Shown one piece after another: positions 15,568 to 22,249 of a stretch of DNA of 42,307 nucleotides. A model generated the notes under the pieces. It had not been told where the DNA came from. It worked only from the letters and a program-made list of their open reading frames with translations, and did not search any database. A program made the position numbers and the translations under genes. Positions within the stretch are counted from its first letter, which is position 1, and each line of letters begins with the position of its first letter. Origin of the DNA: a virus. Location: IMG/VR virus record IMGVR_UViG_3300007345_000010. The stretch is one strand, 5' to 3'.

Positions 15568-15794
15568 TGCTTCTGCTCCTTCTTCGCCTTTGCGTGGGCG
15601 ATGGCGTTGTCGAATAGGCCTAAGACGGGAAGGCCGCTCCCAGGCGAAGTCTTCCAGTAGTCGGAATGAATCGCCATGCCGACGGCCAGTCCTTTGTAAA
15701 ACCCGCCGTTTCCGCCAATATCCAAGTCATCTAAAGCACTCACAAGCAATTCGCACACTCGCTTGCTTGCCGCTGAATTATTCATGTTGAACAT
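15564..15794 (-). CDS. Hypothetical protein (76 aa)
   Basis: GAGGG RBS. First gene after promoter P4. Confidence 0.65.
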   Translation of the reverse strand: MFNMNNSAASKRVCELLVSALDDLDIGGNGGFYKGLAVGMAIHSDYWKTSPGSGLPVLGLFDNAIAHAKAKKEQKQ

Positions 15795-15830
15795 TGCAAA
15801 ACCCTCATTTTCTTATAGTGGTTAGCCGCC

Positions 15831-15858
15831 ACTATACAAGCTGGCGGCGCGGTGTCAA
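15831..15858 (-). promoter_or_regulatory. Sigma70-type promoter P4: TTGACA-N16-TATAGT, with an 8-bp inverted repeat over the -10
   Basis: -35 at 15858..15853 and -10 at 15836..15831. TATAGTGG (15814-15821) and CCACTATA (15829-15836) form a perfect inverted repeat. Confidence 0.7.
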
Positions 15859-15861
15859 TGG

Positions 15862-16068
15862 TTAAACGCGGTTAAATGCAGTAACGCGCAAAGTGCCCCC
15901 CGGCGTATCCTTCATCAATTCGACCGCCTTTCTCTTCGCCTCCGCAAGCACAGCATCCGAATCGGGTAGCCATGAGCGATACGAGGCAATGCAATGCCAG
16001 TAAGAAAAACTGCCTGTTCCGTCTTCGTGGAACTTCTCAAAGGCAACAAAGTAAGTCCGTTTGATCAT
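15862..16068 (-). CDS. Hypothetical protein (68 aa)
   Basis: ORF with a 4-nt overlap with the upstream gene. Confidence 0.65.
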   Translation of the reverse strand: MIKRTYFVAFEKFHEDGTGSFSYWHCIASYRSWLPDSDAVLAEAKRKAVELMKDTPGGTLRVTAFNRV

Positions 16069-16262
16069 TTTTCATCACTCCGCAAACAGCTCAACACAGC
16101 ACTACCAGCCCGACGAACCTCGACGCACTCGATACCGTGGCCGGTATCCCATAAGTAGACGCCCTGCTTCGACATTGTTCCGTAAAGACAGATAGCGAAG
16201 TAAGCAGCGCCAAGCCAAAACAGCGCAGACAGACCTGCGTCCTTTATTTTTTCGATGTTCAT
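16065..16262 (-). CDS. Small membrane protein (65 aa)
   Basis: Hydrophobic helix GLSALFWLGAAYFAICLYG. Confidence 0.6.
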   Translation of the reverse strand: MNIEKIKDAGLSALFWLGAAYFAICLYGTMSKQGVYLWDTGHGIECVEVRRAGSAVLSCLRSDEK

Positions 16263-16277
16263 TTCATTCCTCCCTTG

Positions 16278-16625
16278 TTAGTCGGCATAGCGCCAGCTAT
16301 AAACGTTGCCGCCGTTCCAGTCTACGTGCTGTTCATTTGCGCGATAAGCATTGCCGCTAATAAACTTAACTTCAACCTCCCGCCCCGCCATCGGTTTGCT
16401 ATCGCTGAGACAGCGCCAAACCTTATCACCGCTCGATTGTGTCACGCCTATGCCGTGAACCTCCCGCACAGCCTCGCCAATGAGCTTTGACAGCTCGGGC
16501 CACTGGGTAGTGGTAATTTCTTTGGTAACTTTCACGGAAAGCGTGTTGCCTTCATCAACTACCCATGCAAGCCTTTCGTCGCCCTCCATGATACAGATAA
16601 TGCCGGGGCGTTTTGTCATGGTCAT
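16278..16625 (-). CDS. Hypothetical protein (115 aa)
   Basis: Long ORF with ATGA coupling to the upstream mini-gene. Confidence 0.7.
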   Translation of the reverse strand: MTMTKRPGIICIMEGDERLAWVVDEGNTLSVKVTKEITTTQWPELSKLIGEAVREVHGIGVTQSSGDKVWRCLSDSKPMAGREVEVKFISGNAYRANEQHVDWNGGNVYSWRYAD

Positions 16626-16795
16626 AATTTCATCTCCGCTAAATCCTTGATCATTTTGTCAACCTTTGCCGGATGAAGCCAAGACCGCAGCGTCATAACC
16701 ATAACGAATTCAGCGTATGCGTCCGGGCTGTTTTCTTTGTGCCATAGCGCAGATTGAGCCATAGCCTTTATTTGCTCATTGGTGTATTTGCTCAT
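16622..16795 (-). CDS. Small hypothetical protein (57 aa)
   Basis: MSKYTNEQIKAMAQSALWHKENSPDAYAEFVMVMTLRSWLHPAKVDKMIKDLAEMKL. It fills the 16626-16800 gap and has an ATGA overlap downstream. Confidence 0.55.
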   Translation of the reverse strand: MSKYTNEQIKAMAQSALWHKENSPDAYAEFVMVMTLRSWLHPAKVDKMIKDLAEMKL

Positions 16796-16800
16796 ATCTG

Positions 16801-16998
16801 CTACCCGCGTGCCTTAGCGATGGCAGCGATGGCCTTTGCGTACATCTCGCCCTCATGGTCACCAAGCTCCAGCCGGTCAGCAATACCAGCCAACGCCTCA
16901 AGCAAATCAGGTGCGGCGGCATCTACAGGGTCGGTCAAGCATCCACCCGGGAAAGGCTGATAACCATTCCCATTGGTTCCGTCGTATTTGTTTGTCAT
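16801..16998 (-). CDS. Hypothetical protein (65 aa)
   Basis: ORF with a 4-nt overlap with the upstream gene. Confidence 0.6.
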   Translation of the reverse strand: MTNKYDGTNGNGYQPFPGGCLTDPVDAAAPDLLEALAGIADRLELGDHEGEMYAKAIAAIAKARG

Positions 16999-17201
16999 TT
17001 CGCGCGCTCCTTTAGCATAGTGTCGGCCACCGCATAAGAAGAAAGCGCAAGCACATGCTCGCCAATGGTATGTCGGCTAGACAAAAGCGAGTGCATAGCC
17101 ACCAGTGCAAACAAATCACGAAGCGTAACGTCGCTGGAAGCCGTAAGAGCTTCGCCAACCTTCTGAACGTCAATCAACTTAGGGTTTTCTCTGTTTTCCA
17201 T
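16995..17201 (-). CDS. Hypothetical protein (68 aa from ATG 17201)
   Basis: AGAGGTGG RBS 5 nt before the ATG at 17201. The track start at 17210 is a GTG inside the RBS. Confidence 0.65.
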   Translation of the reverse strand: MENRENPKLIDVQKVGEALTASSDVTLRDLFALVAMHSLLSSRHTIGEHVLALSSYAVADTMLKERAK

Positions 17202-17235
17202 CTCTACCACCTCTCTGTTTTATGTTGTCCCGCGC

Positions 17236-17263
17236 ACTATACACACCCGCACGCAGTTGTCAA
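17236..17263 (-). promoter_or_regulatory. Sigma70-type promoter P5: TTGACA-N16-TATAGT
   Basis: -35 at 17263..17258 and -10 at 17241..17236, followed by GCGCG. Confidence 0.7.
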
Positions 17264-17280
17264 TAGCTGTTTAGCGCTTC

Positions 17281-17460
17281 CTAGCCGCCAGCCTTAACCA
17301 GTAGCGCGTTAATAATCGCCGTTGCGGATACACCAGCCGCTTCAAACTTCGCAAGCACCTCCGCCGCCTCAGGCTGCAATCGAATGCAGTTCAGCTTGCG
17401 CCCACCTCGCTCGATCAGCTTCTTGTCGTATGTCGCTACTTTTTCGGCGTTGGTTTTCAT
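17281..17460 (-). CDS. Small putative DNA-binding (RHH/Arc-like) protein (59 aa)
   Basis: MKTNAEKVATYDKKLIERGGRKLNCIRLQPEAAEVLAKFEAAGVSATAIINALLVKAGG with a GAGGG RBS 6 nt upstream. Confidence 0.55.
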   Translation of the reverse strand: MKTNAEKVATYDKKLIERGGRKLNCIRLQPEAAEVLAKFEAAGVSATAIINALLVKAGG

Positions 17461-17497
17461 TGTGCGCCCTCATAAGTGCGCCCCCGGCGCTTGGTTG

Positions 17498-17698
17498 TTA
17501 GTTAAAAACTTCGATCAGTTGGCAGTCTATTACCGTTATGCTTCCTCTGTCAGTGACAGCAACGCGGCCAGTTATCCCGTCTGGCAGGTCGTTATGCTGC
17601 ATAAACTCAACAACCCGCCCTATTCTTTGTCCTATTCCCACGTTTATCAGGTCTCCGATCTTTACATCTGCGCCTTTGCGGCGCGTTGCGGTGATCAT
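17498..17698 (-). CDS. Hypothetical protein (66 aa)
   Basis: ORF with a 4-nt overlap with the upstream gene. Confidence 0.6.
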   Translation of the reverse strand: MITATRRKGADVKIGDLINVGIGQRIGRVVEFMQHNDLPDGITGRVAVTDRGSITVIDCQLIEVFN

Positions 17699-17883
17699 TG
17701 AAGAACCTCCGCTACTTCGACCATTTGCTGGCCTTTTTTGAGGTTCTGGAGCCGTGACAACACTACATTTACATCATCCCATCCGGTCATGGCTGAAAAT
17801 TCGCAAGCGCTTAGAAATGTACGGCTTACGCGAAGGATGACGTTTGTCTTTTTGCATACGGTGTAGATGCTTTCTTTTTTCAT
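17695..17883 (-). CDS. Hypothetical protein (62 aa from ATG 17883)
   Basis: AAGGGG RBS. The N-terminal extension of the 128-aa track ORF runs into the low-complexity palindrome and across promoter P6. Confidence 0.6.
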   Translation of the reverse strand: MKKESIYTVCKKTNVILRVSRTFLSACEFSAMTGWDDVNVVLSRLQNLKKGQQMVEVAEVLQ

Positions 17884-17922
17884 CTTGCTAACCCCTTTTC
17901 TGTTTTTCGTTTCGATGCGCTC

Positions 17923-17950
17923 AGTATAGTCATCTAACTTTAGAGTGCAA
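17923..17950 (-). promoter_or_regulatory. Sigma70-type promoter P6: TTGCAC-N16-TATACT
   Basis: -35 at 17950..17945 and -10 at 17928..17923, 40 nt upstream of the ATG at 17883. Confidence 0.6.
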
Positions 17951-17968
17951 GCGGTTTGCAAAAAAAAA

Positions 17969-18277
17969 GTGTGTGCTGAAAGCGTGTGCGCGTTTGCACA
18001 CGGCACCAGCCGCTCTAGCACGGGCCTTTCAGCCGTTTTGTGTGCTTGTGTGCTGTGTGTGCTCCCCTCGCGCACGTGCACGCCCAGTCACGCCCGTGCA
18101 CCCTATATATATATATATTAGTGTTAACACAGAATCTTATTATGGCGTTCACACCACACACCCAAACCGCGAACCGCGCACAGAGCACACAAGCACACAA
18201 AAACGCCGAAACCCGCGTGCTAGAGCCTCCGGCTGTGTGTGCTACGCTGCACACACTAGCACACACACAGCACACAC
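17969..18277. repeat. ~310-bp imperfect palindrome of GTGTGC/GCACAC hexamers around a (TA)7.5 tract and GTGTTAACAC; putative replication origin
   Basis: Left arm GTGTGC copies at 17969-18062, right arm GCACAC copies at 18150-18277. Matched arm pairs: 18035-18054/18183-18204, 18012-18022/18216-18226 and 17969-17978/18268-18277. AT core at 18104-18130. The region is non-coding and adjacent to the primase-helicase gene. Confidence 0.55.
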
Positions 18278-18279
18278 AC

Positions 18280-18302
18280 AAAAAACCCCGCACTTAGCGG
18301 GG
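18280..18302 (-). terminator. Rho-independent terminator after the primase-helicase gene
   Basis: On the minus strand: CCCCGC-TAAGT-GCGGGG followed by TTTTTT, 7 nt after the stop at 18309. Confidence 0.8.
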
Positions 18303-18308
18303 TTTCTG

Positions 18309-20555
18309 TTAGACGTTTCTTAATCGCCCGTTCTGGTCTATTAGTATTAGACCTTCATCGCACATAGCCCTCAGACGGCCTACGGCGCGTTTGTAGGCGT
18401 CTTTTCCAATTGCCCTATATGGCGCACGGAATCGCAGCTTTTGCGCCGCCTCGCGCACCGTTAGGGCCTTCTCGCTAAGCACCTCGATGATGGCTGATTC
18501 TTCGGTTTTCTCGCCTGACTCGCCAGCGTCGTGCAGCATGGTGGTCAAGTGGGTAGCCATAACGTCAACCAACTGCATCGCGCCCTCGATCATGCCGTCG
18601 CCAATAATGTCCGGCACTTCGGTGCCGTCGGCTAGAGACTCGATCACGTGCATCACTGATGCAACCTTGAGGACGTGAGTCTCAAACTTGCCCAGCCAAG
18701 ACACAGCTACCATATCGCCAGATGCCAACAGGTCGCCCATTCTGGCTTCCATTGCGCGGCGGTGTTCGAGGATTGACAGATAGCCGGTCGAAGTCGCGCG
18801 TAGCTGGACGGTGTCGTCTAGGCTCTTTTGCCTGCCGTCCACGTTGAAGGCCATGCGCTCGCTGTACTTCTGCACGCAACGCTCGACGGCGCGGCGGATT
18901 GGTAGCAGATCAGAGTCGCTAAGCGGCTCACCGTGCAGGGTGCGCACCCCAAGCATTGACGGCTCGCTAACGTACATGAAGCGCTCAGCAAGGCCGCTGC
19001 CGTTGGATGCCGAAAAGATACGCGCGCAGCTTCCCGGCTGGGCGACCAACACGATCGTTCCGTAAGCCACGCCTGAGAAGGTTTTGCGGTCTGTTCGTAG
19101 GCCGCTGACGTTTTCGCCAGCATAGCCCTTTAGTGCCAGCTCGTTAGTGCTGTGGAAATTGTTACCAGACGGGAACAGCGACATGAAGGCCGACTGCTCA
19201 GCTGAGGCGATACAGAACCGACCGTCCGCCCCGCTGGCAAGTGCGCGCTCAAGTGCCGCCGCCGTGGTGTCGGTCGTATTGCCGAAGGCGTAAAGCATTT
19301 GCGGATCTTCGTCGTCGATCTTGGCGTTGTACTGCGTGACGTACTCGTTGTGCGCGCGCATGGCGTCCTCGTAAGGGCGCAAAGCGACGTTCAGCAAGCG
19401 GCTTTTCTGAGTGGCTGGCGGCTGCTCGACCACGACGTAAAGGCCTGTCGCAATGGCGTCTGTTGAGCCTTGGTAGCGCACGCTGTAGTTGGTACACACC
19501 GAGGCAGAAGCCGAGCCGAGTATAGACATGAACGCCGACATTTCAGGAAATTCCAAGCAAAATGCAGCACGTTTGGCGAGCTTGCCGATCACGGTTTCGG
19601 CCAGTGGCTTAGGGATTCGTAGCGCGTCCGGCGCTTGCTCTTCTGGCTCTTCTGGTAGCACCATCGGCAGCGGGTGGAAGGTTACAGGCTCTTCCCATCC
19701 TGCTTGTTTTGCCATATGAACCAGAGTCCCCGCCGTGATGCCGCCACCCGACTTGAACGACGCCCACTTTTTGCGGTTTGCGGTCGGGTTGTTTTCGTCA
19801 CTGCGTCTGCACCACTCGTCCCAAAGCTCGAAGCCTTCGCCATCGGTTGCTGCGTGAATCGCCATACCTAGGTTGATATAAACGTCGTAGTCCCTGCCGG
19901 GATTAGGGATAGCATCAACCATTCCGGCCAGCTGTTCGTGAGACAGGTTGTGATCTGCGCCGTCTACTGATACGCGAACAATGGCGGGGCGCTCTAGCAG
20001 CTTGATAAGCGCCTGCGGTGCGTCTTGTAGCTTGTCCGGCCAGCCAGCGTGGCGCTCGTATTCAAGGCCGCTTTTGTGCAGCGAGCCATAGCCGATCACA
20101 AAACCAGACGACTTAAAGTCGATGCCAGGATATTGCGGCAGACTACCGCGCAGCAGAACGTGAGCAGGCCGATTGTAGTAGATATGCCAGCCGCCGCCGC
20201 CAGTGGCTACGGTGAGCGTTCCTGACGACTTAAAGTCTATTCCGGTGTCTTCTACAAGCCGCTGGTAAGAAGCGCTACCACCGTTGCGCGGGTCTACGTC
20301 GATCACCAGATGATCGTCTACCAGCACGCCAAAGCCGGTGCGCATGGTCATGGCGATTACTTCAAGCTGGTCGTCACCCCACGTTGGCGCTAGTTGGTAG
20401 TTTGCGCGCCGAGGGTGTTTTCCGACAGCTTCGCAGTCTGGTTGCCCACAGGCGCAACTGCCGTCCGGGTTAATGTCGTGCAACTCAAAGACGCGAAACC
20501 CCGCGTCTTGATAGTCAAGAAAAGACTCTAGGTTTCCATTGAACTCAAAGTCCAT
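18309..20555 (-). CDS. Bifunctional primase-polymerase (AEP/PrimPol) fused to a helicase-like C-terminal region
   Basis: 748 aa. The N-terminus has ...CACGQPDCEAVGKHP..., an acidic VIDVDPRNGG and GGGGWHIYY motifs of PrimPol domains. A large C-terminal DUF3987-like region follows. Confidence 0.8.
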   Translation of the reverse strand: MDFEFNGNLESFLDYQDAGFRVFELHDINPDGSCACGQPDCEAVGKHPRRANYQLAPTWGDDQLEVIAMTMRTGFGVLVDDHLVIDVDPRNGGSASYQRLVEDTGIDFKSSGTLTVATGGGGWHIYYNRPAHVLLRGSLPQYPGIDFKSSGFVIGYGSLHKSGLEYERHAGWPDKLQDAPQALIKLLERPAIVRVSVDGADHNLSHEQLAGMVDAIPNPGRDYDVYINLGMAIHAATDGEGFELWDEWCRRSDENNPTANRKKWASFKSGGGITAGTLVHMAKQAGWEEPVTFHPLPMVLPEEPEEQAPDALRIPKPLAETVIGKLAKRAAFCLEFPEMSAFMSILGSASASVCTNYSVRYQGSTDAIATGLYVVVEQPPATQKSRLLNVALRPYEDAMRAHNEYVTQYNAKIDDEDPQMLYAFGNTTDTTAAALERALASGADGRFCIASAEQSAFMSLFPSGNNFHSTNELALKGYAGENVSGLRTDRKTFSGVAYGTIVLVAQPGSCARIFSASNGSGLAERFMYVSEPSMLGVRTLHGEPLSDSDLLPIRRAVERCVQKYSERMAFNVDGRQKSLDDTVQLRATSTGYLSILEHRRAMEARMGDLLASGDMVAVSWLGKFETHVLKVASVMHVIESLADGTEVPDIIGDGMIEGAMQLVDVMATHLTTMLHDAGESGEKTEESAIIEVLSEKALTVREAAQKLRFRAPYRAIGKDAYKRAVGRLRAMCDEGLILIDQNGRLRNV

Positions 20556-20725
20556 TAGCTACGCTCCAAATAATCCGACAACTTCTTGAGGGTTTTATAG
20601 GTCGGGTTTGCATCTTTATTGTTGGCTACCTCGCGCACAGTGTTGTAGTGGATGCCGGCTGCTTGCGCCACGGCTTGCAAGTTACGGTCGGCTAGTGCCG
20701 CCCTGATTTGGTCTAGTGTTTTCAT
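20555..20725 (-). CDS. Small HTH regulator (Cro-like position), 56 aa
   Basis: MKTLDQIRAALADRNLQAVAQAAGIHYNTVREVANNK... First gene of the leftward operon, with a TAATG overlap with the primase gene. The TTG start at 20761 in the track would lie inside the promoter. Confidence 0.65.
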   Translation of the reverse strand: MKTLDQIRAALADRNLQAVAQAAGIHYNTVREVANNKDANPTYKTLKKLSDYLERS

Positions 20726-20754
20726 TGTGTTGTGGTTTTTTTGCTGTTTTGGTG

Positions 20755-20789
20755 TTGACAACGATAAACCAGACGCCTAAAGTTTGCAA
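20755..20789. promoter_or_regulatory. Fully overlapping divergent sigma70-type promoters (rightward TTGACA-N17-TAAAGT; leftward TTGCAA-N17-TATCGT)
   Basis: Rightward: -35 at 20755-20760 and -10 at 20778-20783. Leftward: -35 at 20789..20784 and -10 at 20766..20761. Near-palindromic 9-mers GTTGACAAC (20754-20762) and GTTTGCAAC (20782-20790) cover the two -35 boxes. Confidence 0.6.
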
Positions 20790-20848
20790 CGTCGAGAGAG
20801 AAAAGCAGGGCGCAAAGCTCGACCGCCCTATAACCCAATGGGGAACAC

Positions 20849-21613
20849 ATGAGCATCCTATCTACCATTAGCAAGCCACAAGACCGGGCGATCATTGCCA
20901 CGATCTGCGGTGATTCAGGAATGGGCAAAACCACGCTTGCCGCAACCTTCCCCAATCCTATCGTTATCCGCGCAGAAGATGGTTTGCAGGCTATTCCGGC
21001 AGACCAGCGGCCAGACGCTTTCCCGCTGTTACAAAAGGTCGACGATCTTTTTGAGCAGCTGCTCGCCTTGGTTAAAGAAGATCACAGCTACAAGACCGTT
21101 ATCATTGATAGCGTGACTGCCCTTGAGCGCTTGTTCATTCAGCGCATTATCGAAAGTGACCCAAAGATGCCTAGCAGTATTAACCAAGCGCTTGGCGGGT
21201 GGGGCGCTGGGATGGCGGCAGTGGCCAGTCTTCACCAGCGTGTGCGCAAAGCATGCGGCGTGCTGAACGAGCGAAAAGGTATGCATGTTGTCTTTATCGC
21301 GCACGCTGATACGGAAACGATTGAATTACCAGACCAAGATCCATATACGCGCTACAGCCTCCGCCTTGGCAAAAAGAGCGTTGCTCCGTATGTTGACGAC
21401 TCCGACGTTGTTGGCTTTTTGAAGCTGGAAACCTTCACCCAAGGCGACGGCGAACGCAAGAAAGCCATCAGCGACGGCACTCGCCTTTTGGTAACGTATG
21501 CCACAGCGTCGAACGTAAGTAAGAACCGCTACGGCATCACGGACGACTTAACCGTGGCGCAAGGTGCAAACCCATTGGCCGATATTGTCCCATCACTCAA
21601 GCAACAAGCATAA
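20849..21613 (+). CDS. Sak4-like RecA-fold ATPase (AAA_24-type recombination protein)
   Basis: 254 aa with Walker A GDSGMGKTT. It is followed by DUF669-type SSB and exonuclease genes, a standard phage recombination module. Confidence 0.75.
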   Translation: MSILSTISKPQDRAIIATICGDSGMGKTTLAATFPNPIVIRAEDGLQAIPADQRPDAFPLLQKVDDLFEQLLALVKEDHSYKTVIIDSVTALERLFIQRIIESDPKMPSSINQALGGWGAGMAAVASLHQRVRKACGVLNERKGMHVVFIAHADTETIELPDQDPYTRYSLRLGKKSVAPYVDDSDVVGFLKLETFTQGDGERKKAISDGTRLLVTYATASNVSKNRYGITDDLTVAQGANPLADIVPSLKQQA

Positions 21614-21625
21614 GGAAAAGAAACT

Positions 21626-22204
21626 ATGTCATTTTGGCAAACTAGCGACAATGAGCGCCTACAAACTACCGGCGAATACGACGCTGGCGGCAATATGGAG
21701 CCAATCCCGGCTAACACACAAGTACTAGCCGCGCCGGACGAGGCGAAATGGGACGAATACGACGGCGTCGAATACGTCAGCATCCGCTGGAACGTGCTTG
21801 CGCCGAAAGAGTACGCAAACCGCAAGATTTCCCAAAAGCTAAAGGTTTACGAACCAGACGCCAAAAAGGCCGACAAGGCTAAACGCATGCTGGCTGCTAT
21901 CGACGCGAACGCTGGCGGAAAGCTGCTCCAATCTGGCCAAGTGCCTAGCGATCTTGACCTGACCCGTAACTTGGTCAACAAGCCGATGATGCTGCTGCTA
22001 CAGGTTTGGGCTATCGAGAAGGAAGCCGACGGAACGCCGATCCCTAAGGCTGACCAGAAGCGCGGCAACTGGGTAGCCAAAGTAGCCCCGCGTAACGCTG
22101 CTAAGGCACCTGCGCCAGCTTCTGCGCCTGCTCCGGCTGGTGAGGCTCATTCTCCGGCACCAAAGCCTGCGGATGATCAGTTTGACGACGATATCCCGTT
22201 CTGA
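21626..22204 (+). CDS. DUF669-type single-stranded DNA-binding protein with an SSB-like C-terminal tip
   Basis: 192 aa with a Pro/Ala-rich linker and the terminal sequence DDQFDDDIPF. Confidence 0.7.
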   Translation: MSFWQTSDNERLQTTGEYDAGGNMEPIPANTQVLAAPDEAKWDEYDGVEYVSIRWNVLAPKEYANRKISQKLKVYEPDAKKADKAKRMLAAIDANAGGKLLQSGQVPSDLDLTRNLVNKPMMLLLQVWAIEKEADGTPIPKADQKRGNWVAKVAPRNAAKAPAPASAPAPAGEAHSPAPKPADDQFDDDIPF

Positions 22205-22249
22205 TAACAACAGGGGCGCCTAGCGCCCCGCCTTTTAATGGGGTGAATT

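Noticed and set aside
17969-18277. Telomere-resolution (tel) site of an N15/VP882-type linear plasmid-prophage, suggested by the big palindrome, the TA centre, and CAGCACAC/GTGTGCTG arms (as I recall them from N15 telRL)
   Set aside because: No protelomerase-like ORF exists. All ORFs over 300 aa are otherwise assigned, and the 491-aa protein has phosphoesterase motifs rather than tyrosine-recombinase motifs. There are no partition genes. The arm orientation here (GTGTGCTG left, CAGCACAC right) is the reverse of what I recall for N15. An origin remains the simpler reading.
17973-18323. Three overlapping ORFs (17973-18323 +, 18015-18293 -, 18040-18297 +) and the N-terminal 66 codons of ORF 17695-18081 inside the GTGTGC palindrome
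   Set aside because: Their translations are low-complexity Cys/Val/His/Thr/Ala strings produced by the GT/CA repeats. They overlap each other on both strands, lack RBSs, and cross a terminator and a promoter.
20722-20955. 77-aa minus-strand ORF spanning the divergent promoter region and the start of the Sak4-like gene
   Set aside because: It runs antisense through a well-supported gene and across both promoters. It has no RBS.
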